From positions 512,001-576,000 of the forward strand of contig JANRKS010000032.1 of NCBI GenBank assembly GCA_033763315.1: 64,000 bases of DNA, read 5' to 3'. Below are positions 19,701 through 28,964 of this stretch, in pieces; the stretch's first letter is position 1; the number at the start of each line of letters is the position of its first letter. The notes under the pieces are model-generated. The model made no database searches and was not told the DNA's origin. It worked only from the letters and a program-made list of their open reading frames with translations. This DNA is from Deltaproteobacteria bacterium (GTDB lineage Bacteria > Myxococcota_A > Polyangia > Fen-1088). The position numbers and the translations under genes were made by a program.

Positions 19701-20860
19701 AGTTGATTCTTGAAGCTTTCAATTTTGAAAGTGGTGCGGGGCGGGGTGAGATGACGGCCAAACTTGAACGCACGGGTAAGGACGCTATGGCGCTCACAGG
19801 CGCGTTGAAGCTGCGCCGGTTTCCTTTGCAGGCGCCGCAACGAAAGTTGGGCGAGCTTGACCTCAACGCCGGCTGGAAAGGCACCGTTACCTTGAGCAAG
19901 CTCACGATCGAGCCTTTGCATATTCGAGAAGCGCGGGTCTATGCCGAGCGCGCCAAAGCAAAAGCCCTGCAGGATCTCGATCGACCCGACGACCTGGTGT
20001 TGTTCAATGGCGGGCAACCCGCCACGAAGGCCGAGCGCAAAAAGTATGCTGGCCTCGTCGCCAAAGAGGCCGTGAGGGACGATCAGGCGAACGCGGTGGC
20101 GCCTGCGGGCCTCGCGCTGCCTGCGTTGGGATCGTATCCCATGTTCATCCACGTCAAAGCGCCGCGCAACATATGGGTTCGCGGCGATGACGGTTCGCTT
20201 GAGTTGGGGCTAGGCGACAACTTCCGCATCGAGCGTGAGGACGGTCTTGAGATCTATGGCTCCGTCTTCGTGAGGCGCGGCCGTGTGAGTGTGCTGGGCC
20301 GCGCTTTCGAGATCCGCGATACGTCTGAAGTGAAGTTCATGGGAGAACCGGGCAACCCACAGTTGGATTGCACCGTTGACCACTTCAACGACCAAGAGCA
20401 AGTGCAGATTACGATCACAGTGAAAGGCAGGGCCGAGAATTTGAACGTGAAATTCACGTCGAATCCGCCGTTGGCGCAGACCGAGATCCTTTCTATTTTA
20501 CTTACGGGCCGCAGGGAACCTGTGGGCGCGGGCGGCGCGCGAGGGGGTGGGGGCCAGCCCCAGCAGCAGGCGGCCGCTTTGGCCGGCGGCATGTTGGCTT
20601 CCAAACTGCGCGGAACGATTCTCCGCCGTTTGCCGGTGGATGTTCTTTCGATCAGCGCCAATGCAATTGAGGCCGGGACGTACGTCACCGATCGGCTGTA
20701 TGTTGGGTATGTCCGCCGTCTTCTGGCGCAGCCTTGGCGTTATGAGAACCAAAACGCTCTGCACCTTGAATATCAACTGACGCCGCGCTGGAGCTTCGAA
20801 GGTGAATACGGCGACGTTGGTTCAGGCAGCGGCGATTTGGTGTGGAAGAAAAACTATTGA
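16730..20860 (+). CDS. tamB: TamB/AsmA-like translocation and assembly protein
   Basis: N-terminal TM, beta-rich body, DUF490-like end (GTYVTDRLYVGY...EYQLTPRW...GDLVWKKNY); TGATG coupling to tamA. Confidence 0.9.
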   Translation: MRVLRWLGLGVLLLIVLVAGAAAYAVSHHGLNTLAQWGLKRYNATFVGQVQVRELQRHGTALTLLDVSVLYNGVVVAHVDQVKVQPHWKTLRPQNISIDTFDLLRPTLLLQKDAADGKFTVAKALEPKQEEPKKDSSHKKSNPPKVTLGRLHVENAAVRYVGPPQELAVAKIDLDVHASVAWPRIEALTVSVAGQLEKPDRLPFRLRAEAQGLAPEGLNGHVALSVDNGVVQGIAFKDVAIDAAVKDGIATIARLQANVDGNELRVSGRAGPWKTLLTPFAVNASVELADLAGTASRLRTFGVDVPPLAGSGELTVNAEGTPLAPVVKATGKFAQLQADTMRVEALALSPITGGKLQNEHRLVLQGVQVDKQALGTLTVQAGLLKGMTLQGTLLVQHPGANVQARYELPLLALKADNTVPLPLSFDVTATVPSITKAARAFGVRGPPLEGNVQATLSVSGTLGGPAFPDVNVKVEARRLRLGQQSLGDVAATVLMPAGQSLAAEVDFTNPQAIQRSHIRLRGRWRRPLDVRDAQAWRAAIMRMTFDTDVDVKGADLAALKTLAQPSLPPTSLAAFEGLQGDAALQMHAKGSMTSVQGQLDLVVHEVRTNRFPATNITLQTNIMPARSNLDLRVDTVAKVNNLQLAERSDVRFRGRWRTPGNLQNPNAWRAAIMRMTYDADVDVKGVDLAVLKTLAAATARPGALAALEGLKGRAGLQAHAKGSLQSAQGTLSLLVDRARTNRFPATNVNLQANLTTTDANLSLRIDTVAKGNAARLVMLTAQGRPAGRMLDVKAWQHADVQWQAELGPLRMQQIQSFAPEPSQFTMEPMQGRFHALMSGKGTLPAPNAHVEVTVSQIKRGTRALGEIDIKADYEKMIPKLVAHLTSANGGTFDVNVHTTRPLPLAPLPAREALPPTNVNVTATAFNLALFDGWIESLRGVGGMMNGHLNVGGTMAAPKFEGNLSVKDGSVEVIEVARFEDIDVRMKAAPGQLILEAFNFESGAGRGEMTAKLERTGKDAMALTGALKLRRFPLQAPQRKLGELDLNAGWKGTVTLSKLTIEPLHIREARVYAERAKAKALQDLDRPDDLVLFNGGQPATKAERKKYAGLVAKEAVRDDQANAVAPAGLALPALGSYPMFIHVKAPRNIWVRGDDGSLELGLGDNFRIEREDGLEIYGSVFVRRGRVSVLGRAFEIRDTSEVKFMGEPGNPQLDCTVDHFNDQEQVQITITVKGRAENLNVKFTSNPPLAQTEILSILLTGRREPVGAGGARGGGGQPQQQAAALAGGMLASKLRGTILRRLPVDVLSISANAIEAGTYVTDRLYVGYVRRLLAQPWRYENQNALHLEYQLTPRWSFEGEYGDVGSGSGDLVWKKNY
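18272..19039 (+). repeat. Internal tandem duplication in tamB (period 396 nt, 132 aa)
   Basis: Both copies share RGRWR, AWRAAIMRMT, DVDVKGxDLAxLKTLA, HAKGS, RTNRFPATN, DTVAK. Confidence 0.9.
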
Positions 20861-20963
20861 TGGTTGTGTAACGGCAGACCCGCCCGTTACCGCCCTGACA
20901 CGCATTTTCTGAAAATCGAAGGCCATCTGAGTGTAAGTGGGGCCGATGCACATGTGTCGCAAG

Positions 20964-20979
20964 TGGCACGAGACTTGAA
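20964..20979 (+). promoter_or_regulatory. sigma54-type element (glsB-like operon)
   Basis: TGGCAC-GAGAC-TTGAA. Confidence 0.6.
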
Positions 20980-21033
20980 TTAGTGCAGGTCGTTCACATC
21001 GACAAAACGACACTCTAACAGGAGCAAAGAGCT

Positions 21034-21306
21034 ATGAATCCAGCGTACGGCATCATCATGTGGGTCATTATTGGGGCATTGGCAGGTTGGATCGGCAGCA
21101 AGATCATGGGTACCGACGCTCGCCAAGGTGGTTTGGCCAACATCATCATCGGCATCATCGGCGCTGTGGTTGGTGGCTTCATTGCCCGCGCTGTCTTCGG
21201 TGATAGTTCGTCAAACAACGGATTCATCGCCAGCACGGTTGTGGCGCTGTTGGGCTCCATCATCGTCATCGGCATTTGGAAAGCGTTGTCACGACGCACA
21301 GCCTGA
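21034..21306 (+). CDS. GlsB/YeaQ/YmgE family stress membrane protein
   Basis: WVIIGALAGWIGSKIM...NIIIGIIGAVVGG; SD AGGAG. Confidence 0.92.
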   Translation: MNPAYGIIMWVIIGALAGWIGSKIMGTDARQGGLANIIIGIIGAVVGGFIARAVFGDSSSNNGFIASTVVALLGSIIVIGIWKALSRRTA

Positions 21307-21349
21307 GCCGGTGATTATCTTTATTTAGAAAAGCTTATTTTGGGGGCGG

Positions 21350-22492
21350 GTGGCGATGTCACGAGGCGGACGAAGGGCGTTAATCGCGCTGGGGGTGGTT
21401 ATAGGTGTCTGCCTTTTGATTCGGGTGGTTCTTGACCCGCTGGCGACGTGGGCGATTCGTCGCCAGCTCAAGAAAACACCTGGTATGGATGGCGTTATTG
21501 CCGGTGCGCACGTTTCAATTGTGCCGCCGGGTTTGACGATTGATCGCCTAAAGTTGATCGAAGTGCCTGGCGGTTCGTGGAAAGAGCCGCTGTTCTACGC
21601 AGAACGCATTGAGGGCGGTTTGTTGTGGCGCGCCCTGTTTGAGGGCGATTTGGTGATGAAGGCACGAATCGAGAAGCCGAAGGTTGTGGTTTACCGCCGT
21701 GCCAAATCGAAGGCCAGCAAAGGCATTGATCTGGCAACCATGCTCGAGAAGCAAGCGCCCGTGAAGGTGGCACGCATTGAAGTGGTTGATGGCGAGCTGA
21801 CGCTTGCAGCGGGCGAAGGCAAGGACAACCCCACTATATGGCTGCATGATTTTGAGATCGTGGCGCAGAACCTGGCTTCGCGAAAAGATCTGGGCGAAGG
21901 GCGTCCTGCCACGGTAATGGCGCGCGGAAAGCTGCAACGCACGGCCACGGTCGAAATGTTCGCAACATTGGATCCGTGGAATAAGGGCCTCAATTTTTCT
22001 GGGCGTGCTTCCATGCGCGGCCTTGGCGGTTCGGACATCAATGGATTGCTTGCGGCCAAGGGCGATATGGTCCTTAAAGCAGGCACGGTTGATCTGTTCT
22101 CTGAATTCGACGTGCGCAAAGGTGTGATCTCGGGCGGCGTGAAACCCGTGCTCAAGAACATCGAAGTGCGCTCTGCCGATGACGGTTTGTGGAACCGTTT
22201 CAAGGCGTGGGTGGTGGATGAATCCTTGGACATTCTGTCTGACGACGTGCCAGGCAGGGACGCTGTGGCCACTGTGGTCCCCTTGAAGGGGCGCATCGAT
22301 GCGCCGGAGGCGCAAATTACGCCTGCGATCATCGGCGTCATTCGCAATGCATTTGTGGTGGGCCTGCGTTCTGGGTTTTCACATTTGCCGCCGCCGCAGG
22401 CCGGCGAAAAAGAATCCACCGTGAAACAGATCAAAGAGGGCCTCGATCGTAAGAAGGGGCCCCCAGAGGCACAACCAAGCAAGAAGTCATGA
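21350..22492 (+). CDS. DUF748-domain (AsmA-like) protein
   Basis: N-terminal TM; GTVDLFSE, ISGGVKPVLKNI, ATVVPLKGRI, VIRNAFV. Confidence 0.75.
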   Translation: MAMSRGGRRALIALGVVIGVCLLIRVVLDPLATWAIRRQLKKTPGMDGVIAGAHVSIVPPGLTIDRLKLIEVPGGSWKEPLFYAERIEGGLLWRALFEGDLVMKARIEKPKVVVYRRAKSKASKGIDLATMLEKQAPVKVARIEVVDGELTLAAGEGKDNPTIWLHDFEIVAQNLASRKDLGEGRPATVMARGKLQRTATVEMFATLDPWNKGLNFSGRASMRGLGGSDINGLLAAKGDMVLKAGTVDLFSEFDVRKGVISGGVKPVLKNIEVRSADDGLWNRFKAWVVDESLDILSDDVPGRDAVATVVPLKGRIDAPEAQITPAIIGVIRNAFVVGLRSGFSHLPPPQAGEKESTVKQIKEGLDRKKGPPEAQPSKKS

Positions 22493-22914
22493 TGTACGCA
22501 TTTGTGAAACGCGCTCTGTTTATCGGATTGATGGTCATCGCGCCTGGGGCCTGCAGCCACACCAAAGAAGTGGAAAGCGGATCGGAGGCCAGCAAGGCAG
22601 CGAAGCCCGAGAAACAAGACAATGCCGCCACCTCATCGACCAGGGCCAAGCCGGCCTCGCGTGGCCGGGGAAACGACGACGTCCCGTTGGCCAGCGACCC
22701 GCTACGGATGCTGACACCCGAGGGCCAAAAGGCTTTGCGTGAAGAACTTAAGCGCCGCGACTTGTTGCAAGAGCAAGGGTCAGTGCCAGCGGCCCTGCGC
22801 AAGTTTCAAGCGTCGCAAGGCATTCCCGAGACGGGCATGCCCGACGATGAGACGCTCAAACGGTTGGGGCTTGATCCAAACGATGTGGTTGTGCGGGTGC
22901 GCCCCGCGACGTAG
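22489..22914 (+). CDS. Lipoprotein with peptidoglycan-binding domain
   Basis: GAC lipobox; ALRKFQASQGIPETGMPDDETLKRLGL. Confidence 0.8.
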   Translation: MMYAFVKRALFIGLMVIAPGACSHTKEVESGSEASKAAKPEKQDNAATSSTRAKPASRGRGNDDVPLASDPLRMLTPEGQKALREELKRRDLLQEQGSVPAALRKFQASQGIPETGMPDDETLKRLGLDPNDVVVRVRPAT

Positions 22915-23938
22915 TTTTGCTTTTGGTCTCTGCGGTGTGGCCAGCGACCACGTCGTGAACAAAGCGCAGCTTGGCGATGGCCGCCGCTGACAACGCGAAG
23001 GGATACCAATCCAGGTGACCCATCGAACGGTTCAGCCCGTTGAGCGCGAACGTCAACGGATACCAGTAGGCCATCATCGCGTCGAATTTGTCGCCTGGAG
23101 CGGCGGGCAACTTCAGCTTCTCGGTGTCAGCGCCGGTTGTGGGATCCTTGCGCGGCCGCAATTGCACGCCGTATGAACGCCCGGTGTCCACGGCGTCAAC
23201 GATGTGAAGATAATGCGCCCATGTTTCCGCCCAGTCTTCCCAGGGGTGCATGGATGCATAGGCGCTCACGCAGCGGCTGCTCCAGTCAGGCGGCGCGCCC
23301 TCTGAATAGTGCCGCTTAAGCGCCTCATCATAGCTTACGCGTTCATCGCCAAACACCTCGCGAAATCCCGCCAAGCGGCTCTCTGAAGGCGCCACCAGCA
23401 AATCCCAATAATAGTGACCCACCTCGTGTCGCAGGTGGCCGAGCAGCGTTCGGTAAGGTTCACCAAGGCTCAACCGCAACGTCTCGCGAAAAGGGCTGTC
23501 AGCCTCCTTCACGTTAAGCGTGATGACGCCGTCGGCGTGTCCCGTGATCACAGGGGCTCCGTCTTGCGGCATCAACAGATCGAAGGTCAATCCCGATGGT
23601 GACTGCAGCTTTGATTGGATGGGCAGCTTCAGATCCAAAAGCTCGTACACCAAGCGCCGCTTGGCGGCTTCAATCTTCTGCCACCCTAACCGTGCATCTG
23701 CGTCGGCTTTGTTGGGAATGGTTCGGTTGAGGCTGCAACACACGCACAACGAATCTTCGGCGGGTGCCAGCCAATTGCAGCCCCCGTCCGCGAAGTTCGC
23801 ACAACGCTTGTGCTCCGTTGTCACCACAACCAATCCTGCGGCCGTCGGGTCAAACGCCAGAGAAGTTTGGCAATGCACGCATTGCACGTTCTCGAAATAG
23901 CTGACTTCTTCACACTGTGGACACGCAAAAAGCCTCAT
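22856..23938 (-). CDS. Putative zinc-binding metallopeptidase (zinc ribbon plus DUF2248-type)
   Basis: CPQC/CVHC, TGHADGVIT, EPYRTLLGHLRHEVGHYYW, HPWEDWAETWAHYLH. Confidence 0.85.
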   Translation of the reverse strand: MRLFACPQCEEVSYFENVQCVHCQTSLAFDPTAAGLVVVTTEHKRCANFADGGCNWLAPAEDSLCVCCSLNRTIPNKADADARLGWQKIEAAKRRLVYELLDLKLPIQSKLQSPSGLTFDLLMPQDGAPVITGHADGVITLNVKEADSPFRETLRLSLGEPYRTLLGHLRHEVGHYYWDLLVAPSESRLAGFREVFGDERVSYDEALKRHYSEGAPPDWSSRCVSAYASMHPWEDWAETWAHYLHIVDAVDTGRSYGVQLRPRKDPTTGADTEKLKLPAAPGDKFDAMMAYWYPLTFALNGLNRSMGHLDWYPFALSAAAIAKLRFVHDVVAGHTAETKSKTTSRGAPAQPHRLDQAPTV

Positions 23939-23953
23939 TGCGATGGGGGTGAG

Positions 23954-23969
23954 TGCAAGGCATGTGCCC
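23954..23969 (-). promoter_or_regulatory. sigma54 promoter (metallopeptidase)
   Basis: Minus strand GGGCAC-ATGCC-TTGCA. Confidence 0.7.
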
Positions 23970-24094
23970 CCTCTATGTGACATTTCAAGTCGCCTAGGAA
24001 CGATCGCTGTATCGCCCGTGTTACGGTTGAGGACTCACGTGCATGGGCGGTAACGGTCCTTGGGCACCTCGCCTCATTTAGGCAACATCCAGAT

Positions 24095-24110
24095 TGGCAC
24101 GGACCTTGTT
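24095..24110 (+). promoter_or_regulatory. sigma54-type element (PLD-VTT/EEP)
   Basis: TGGCAC-GGACC-TTGTT. Confidence 0.6.
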
Positions 24111-24122
24111 ATCGGTGGTCAC

Positions 24123-26273
24123 ATGCGCCTTGAGCCAGGAAAAACCTGCTGGACCGTGGAGACCGGAAGCCAAGTGAAGCTGCTCGTTGATGCGGCCGCT
24201 TACTACGAAGACCTGCGGCGGTCCTGCACACGCGCGCGCCACAGCATTTATCTGCTGGGCTGGGACATCGATTCGCGAACGCCGCTGCACGGTGAGCGAC
24301 CGCCCGATGACGGACTGCCGGCGCAGTTGCTGCCGTTTCTTACGGCGCTACTCGAACGCACGCCCAGCCTGAACGTTTACATCCTCGCGTGGGACTTCGC
24401 GTTGTTGTACGTGTGGGAACGGCAAACCTTGCCCTCCTACCGCTTCGCATGGGAAGGTCACGAGCGGCTCACATTTCGGATGGATGATCATCACCCGCCA
24501 GGGGCCTCACATCATCAGAAGATGGTCGTCATCGACGATGCGGTGGCGTTTTGTGGCGGGATCGATCTAACACTGGCGCGGTGGGATACGAACGCGCACC
24601 TGGCGAACGACCCGCGGCGAACGACGCCCGACGGGAACACTCACCATCCCATGCACGACGCACAACTGGCGGTGTCGGGCCCCGCGGCCCGCAAGCTTGG
24701 AGACTTGTTTCGGGAACGTTGGCGCTGCGCTCAAGACACTTCGTTGCCCGCGCCGCCGCTGGGCCAGCTTGCCCTCGACCATGCGGAGCTGACGGACGTG
24801 AAGGTCGGGATTTGCCGAACCATGTGCCACGATGAAAGCCAATGCATCACCGAGGTGGAGGCGCTGACCGTCACCGCCATCCGCGAAGCCAAGGAACACA
24901 TTTACATCGAGAACCAATATCTCTCGTCGGCCGCCGTGGGTCGTGCCCTGCAGGAAAGTCTGAGCCAACCGCAGGGGCCCGAAATCCTCATCGTGCTGCC
25001 CAAGGCCGAATCCGGCTGGCTGGAACAAGAGTCGATGGGATTGCTTAAACAGCGGCTGTTGGCAGGCCTTCGTAAGGCCGACGTGGGAAAACGGCTGCGC
25101 GTGCTTTATCCATTTGTTCGTGCCGAAGACGGACGCGAGGTTGACGTTTACGTGCACAGCAAACTCGTGTTCGTGGATCACCAGTTCGCCAAAGTTGGAT
25201 CTTCGAATCTGAGCAATCGATCGATGCGGCTCGACAGCGAGTGTGACCTTGCCATCTTGGCCTACGGCAATGGCACTGTGAGCCGCGCCATCGCCGGGTG
25301 GCGCGCGCGCTTGTTGGCGGAGCACCTGGGGCTGACGGTTGAGCACGTTGAACAGGGCCTGCAGGAACAAGGCATGCTGGCCTTTATTGACACTCAGGCA
25401 AAGAACGAGCGCGGCCTTCGGCCGGTTCCTGAAACGGTGATCACGGATCCCAATTTTGATTTCAGCGTTTACGACGGCGTGTTCTCCGATCCTGAAAAGC
25501 CGCTCAGTGCCGAAGCTTTGTTGGGCGAAGCCATGCCCGAGCCGCAACGGCGCTTGGTGCGCAGCACGTTGGCGCTATACACCGTGGTGGCGCTCGTCAT
25601 CTTGGGCGGCCTAGTGGCCGCGAAGCTCGGCTGGCTGTCGCCGCAGGTCACGGCGGCTGCCGCCTGGTTTCACGCAAAGCTTGAGCCCTACCTGGACTCG
25701 CTGCCCGGTTGGATTGGCTTGGGCTTGGCCACAGCTTTGGTCACCAGCGTGTTTGTGCCGCTTAGTATAACGATGGCCACCGTGTGCGTGCTGACGCCCG
25801 GTTGGCCCGCCTTCGGCATTCTCTTTTCGGGCGCGCTCTCTGCTGCCCTTGGCACCTACTGGGTGGGGCGTTTGTTCCTGCAAGAGCTGCATATACCGTG
25901 GCTGCAGCGGCGCACCCAAAAGCTGCGGCCGCGCCTTCGCCATGGCGGCTTCCTGGCTGTGCTCATTGCACGCTTGGTGCCCGTCGGCAGCTTCACCTTG
26001 ATCAATCTCGTGGCCGGTGCCTTGCGTATTCCTTTTCCAGCGTACGCGTTAGCCAATGCCGTTGGCTTGTTACCGGGCATCACCTTGATGTCGCTGCTCT
26101 CCGGGAGGTTTGCGGCCTACTGGCAGCACGCCAACACACGCAACGCTGTGGTCGCGGGGTTGTCTGTGTGCCTTTTGTTGGGCGGCTTCGCTCTCATCGG
26201 CTACTTGGTGCGCCGACAACTGGGGGCCCGTCGATCACGTGGCGACGTGGCGCCTGTGCAGGAAGGTGCGTAG
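24123..26273 (+). CDS. Phospholipase D (two HKD) fused to VTT/DedA-like membrane domain
   Basis: HHQKMVVID and HSKLVFVD; C-terminal RLVPVGSFTLINLVAG. Confidence 0.9.
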   Translation: MRLEPGKTCWTVETGSQVKLLVDAAAYYEDLRRSCTRARHSIYLLGWDIDSRTPLHGERPPDDGLPAQLLPFLTALLERTPSLNVYILAWDFALLYVWERQTLPSYRFAWEGHERLTFRMDDHHPPGASHHQKMVVIDDAVAFCGGIDLTLARWDTNAHLANDPRRTTPDGNTHHPMHDAQLAVSGPAARKLGDLFRERWRCAQDTSLPAPPLGQLALDHAELTDVKVGICRTMCHDESQCITEVEALTVTAIREAKEHIYIENQYLSSAAVGRALQESLSQPQGPEILIVLPKAESGWLEQESMGLLKQRLLAGLRKADVGKRLRVLYPFVRAEDGREVDVYVHSKLVFVDHQFAKVGSSNLSNRSMRLDSECDLAILAYGNGTVSRAIAGWRARLLAEHLGLTVEHVEQGLQEQGMLAFIDTQAKNERGLRPVPETVITDPNFDFSVYDGVFSDPEKPLSAEALLGEAMPEPQRRLVRSTLALYTVVALVILGGLVAAKLGWLSPQVTAAAAWFHAKLEPYLDSLPGWIGLGLATALVTSVFVPLSITMATVCVLTPGWPAFGILFSGALSAALGTYWVGRLFLQELHIPWLQRRTQKLRPRLRHGGFLAVLIARLVPVGSFTLINLVAGALRIPFPAYALANAVGLLPGITLMSLLSGRFAAYWQHANTRNAVVAGLSVCLLLGGFALIGYLVRRQLGARRSRGDVAPVQEGA

Positions 26274-26275
26274 CG

Positions 26276-27001
26276 TTGGCTTGCTCGTTGCGGGTTGGGA
26301 CCTATAACGTCCACGGGTGCGTTGGCACCGACGGCGCGTTCTCTGTGGCACGGGTGGCCCAGGTCATCTGTGAGCTCAACGTGCATCTCATTGGTCTGCA
26401 GGAGATTCATTGTGCTTCGGCGTCGGAGCACCGCGAGCTTGATGAATTGGCGACGCTTACGGGCTTGTTGCCTGTCAACGGCGGCGTGCGCCTGAACCAC
26501 CGTGGTTACTACGGCAATGCGCTGCTTACCAAGTTGCCCGTCCTGTCCCAGGCACGCATTGACTTGACTGTGAAAGGGCGCGAGCCACGTGGTGCGTTGG
26601 ACGTGGTGTTGGCCGCTTCTGAAGGGCGGCAGTTGCGCGTGATCGTCACGCACCTCGGACTGGCCGCCTGGGAACGACGCGAACAAGCGCGGCGGTTGGT
26701 GTCGGCATTGGCCGCCACGGCGTCTACGCATGCGGCAACGATTTTGCTGGGTGATTTGAACGAATGGCTGCTGTGGGGTCGCCCCTTGCGGTGGCTACAC
26801 GCCGCTTTGGGCAAAAGCGCGCACCTCGGAACGTTTCCGTCGCACCTGCCCGTCTTGGCGCTGGATCGCATCTGGGTGAACCCACGGTCGGTGCTGCGCA
26901 AAACAACACGACGTTGGACGGCTAAGACGCGGGTGGCGTCCGATCATTTGCCGCTGGTGGGGGAGCTCACGTTGCCGGAGCATCCGACGAAGACAGCTTA
27001 G
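26276..27001 (+). CDS. Endonuclease/exonuclease/phosphatase family protein (YbhP-like)
   Basis: TYNVHG, GLQE, YGNALL, THLGL, GDLNEW, LDRIW, ASDHLP; TTG start inferred. Confidence 0.88.
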   Translation: MACSLRVGTYNVHGCVGTDGAFSVARVAQVICELNVHLIGLQEIHCASASEHRELDELATLTGLLPVNGGVRLNHRGYYGNALLTKLPVLSQARIDLTVKGREPRGALDVVLAASEGRQLRVIVTHLGLAAWERREQARRLVSALAATASTHAATILLGDLNEWLLWGRPLRWLHAALGKSAHLGTFPSHLPVLALDRIWVNPRSVLRKTTRRWTAKTRVASDHLPLVGELTLPEHPTKTA

Positions 27002-28847
27002 CCAAAACTTCGTTGAGAGCGGCGAGTTCAACCGGTTTGACCAAATGATGATCAAACCCAGCCCCTTTGGACTGCCGCTTGTCCTCTTCACTGCCCCAGC
27101 CTGTCAACGCCACAAGCATCACATTGGCGAGCTGTGCATGGGCGCGCAACGCACGCCCAACGTCATAGCCGCTGATGCCTGGAAGTCCGATGTCGCAAAA
27201 CACCAGCTGTGGTTGAAACACGGCGGCTTTCTCAAGCGCCGCTTCGCCTGAGTAAACGGCCACACTGTGGTGCCCTAACCCTTCAAGCAACATGGCCAAC
27301 AGGTCCGCGCCATCCTCGTTGTCATCAACGACTAGCACGCGTAGAGCTGGCGACTGAGGCCGCACGCTTGGCTTGGTTGGGCTGCCATTCGGCTCGTCTA
27401 TGCTTAACAACGCCGGAAGGTTTACAATAAAGGTGCTGCCTTGTCCCAGGCCACCGCTGCGCGCTTCCACTTTGCCCCCATGCTTTTCCACCAGACGCTT
27501 TACCAAAGCGAGGCCGATGCCCAAGCCGCCTTGCGATCTATGCAACGTGCGGTTCACTTGCGCGAACATGGTAAAAACATCCGGCAGCAGCTCGGGCGGT
27601 ATCCCGTAGCCATTGTCCTGCACCTGCAACACAGCCGCGTCGTCTTGCCGCTGCAGGGTAAGATCGATGCGCCCACCTTCACTCGTGTATTTGGAGGCGT
27701 TGTTTAAGATGTTGCTCAACACTTGAGCCAGCCGTGTGGCGTCGCCATCGACCCACACGGGCGTGGGCGGTGTGGCCACCGTCAATGTGTGTTTGGCGGC
27801 GTCGATGAACGGCCGGCATCCCTCAACCGCAACGTCGATCACCTCGCGCAGGTCGATGCGCTGTTTCTTCAACACCACCTTGCCACTGGTGATGCGCGAG
27901 ACGTCCAGCAAATCATCAACCAGACGAATCAAGTGCGCCAACTGGCGCCCCATCATGGTGCGTACTCTTTCGCTTTCCTTCGCATCGGAGGTGGAGTTCA
28001 GAACCTCGAGGCCTGTGCGAATGGGCGCCAAAGGATTGCGAAGTTCATGAGCCAGCGTGGCCAAAAACTCATCTTTGCGTCGATCGGCGTCCCGCACCGC
28101 CTGTTCTGCAATCTTGCGAGCCGTGATGTCTTGAGTGACCGCCAACACGTTCTCAACTTCACCGTACGCATCGCGCTCCGGAACGATCCGTGAAGCAAAA
28201 TGGCACGGGCCTGCAGGCGTTGTGTAGCTGAATTCAAGGGAGCGTGGCGTGCCGGTTTCAAATACGGAGCCCAGGGCCTCCTCCCATAGATCGCAAAGAT
28301 CGCTGGGCATTCCCAGCTCGCGGTTCGTCTTGCCCAAAAAGGCTGAGGGCAGCAGGTTCGTGGCCTGCGTGACGGCAGAGCTGACGAAGAGATGTCTGAA
28401 ATGGCGATCAAAGCGCGCCAGCACATCAGGGCTCGTGTCTGTCAGCGCCTGCAACTCACGATCGCGTGCACGCAACCGCTCTTCGGCCGCCACTTGCTCG
28501 GTGATGTCCGTGTGCGTCCCGATCCACGCAACGATGGCGCCGCTTTCATCCCTGATGGGATTGGCAATGCTCAAAAATGGCCTGTACTTCCCATCGGAAC
28601 CCTGCAGGTGCAGAACTTTGCGCAAGGGTTGGCCGGTGCTCAATGATCGCCGCCAACGCTCAACCGTGTCGGCCAGTTCGTCAGGCCTGTGCACGGCTTG
28701 CCATGCCCAACCCAGTGACGATTCTTGGGTTTGCCCCGTGTACTCAAGCCACCGGTCATTAAACCAAAGCATGCCGCCGTTGGCGTCACCCATCCACGCC
28801 AATTGGGGAATGGCGTTGGCGAGCATGCGGAAGTTCAATGCGTCCAT
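26967..28847 (-). CDS. Cytoplasmic hybrid histidine kinase (PAS-PAS-HisKA-HATPase-REC)
   Basis: PAS motifs, LAHELRNPL, NNASKY, GGLGIGL, VLVVDDN, DIGLP, HLVKP. Confidence 0.93.
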   Translation of the reverse strand: MDALNFRMLANAIPQLAWMGDANGGMLWFNDRWLEYTGQTQESSLGWAWQAVHRPDELADTVERWRRSLSTGQPLRKVLHLQGSDGKYRPFLSIANPIRDESGAIVAWIGTHTDITEQVAAEERLRARDRELQALTDTSPDVLARFDRHFRHLFVSSAVTQATNLLPSAFLGKTNRELGMPSDLCDLWEEALGSVFETGTPRSLEFSYTTPAGPCHFASRIVPERDAYGEVENVLAVTQDITARKIAEQAVRDADRRKDEFLATLAHELRNPLAPIRTGLEVLNSTSDAKESERVRTMMGRQLAHLIRLVDDLLDVSRITSGKVVLKKQRIDLREVIDVAVEGCRPFIDAAKHTLTVATPPTPVWVDGDATRLAQVLSNILNNASKYTSEGGRIDLTLQRQDDAAVLQVQDNGYGIPPELLPDVFTMFAQVNRTLHRSQGGLGIGLALVKRLVEKHGGKVEARSGGLGQGSTFIVNLPALLSIDEPNGSPTKPSVRPQSPALRVLVVDDNEDGADLLAMLLEGLGHHSVAVYSGEAALEKAAVFQPQLVFCDIGLPGISGYDVGRALRAHAQLANVMLVALTGWGSEEDKRQSKGAGFDHHLVKPVELAALNEVLAKLSSSDAPAT

Positions 28848-28964
28848 CGGAGCGCAGGCAGACTAGCATGGCCGTTTCTTGTGGACTACATGGCCAAAGG
28901 CGCGTGCCGAGTGCAAGCGCGTGGCGCCGGCATGACGCTATAGTATCTGCTGGCCCACCAAGGC

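Noticed and set aside
22856-22914. 59-bp convergent overlap of the metallopeptidase and the peptidoglycan-binding lipoprotein
   Set aside because: Most simply a C-terminal extension after stop-codon drift; no sign of function
25784-26275. N-terminal extension of the 405-aa EEP ORF
   Set aside because: Overlaps the PLD-VTT gene in another frame; EEP motifs begin after 26276
28861-28935. sigma54 elements for the PAS kinase or lhr
   Set aside because: GGCAC/GGCC-like matches lack a correctly spaced -12 box
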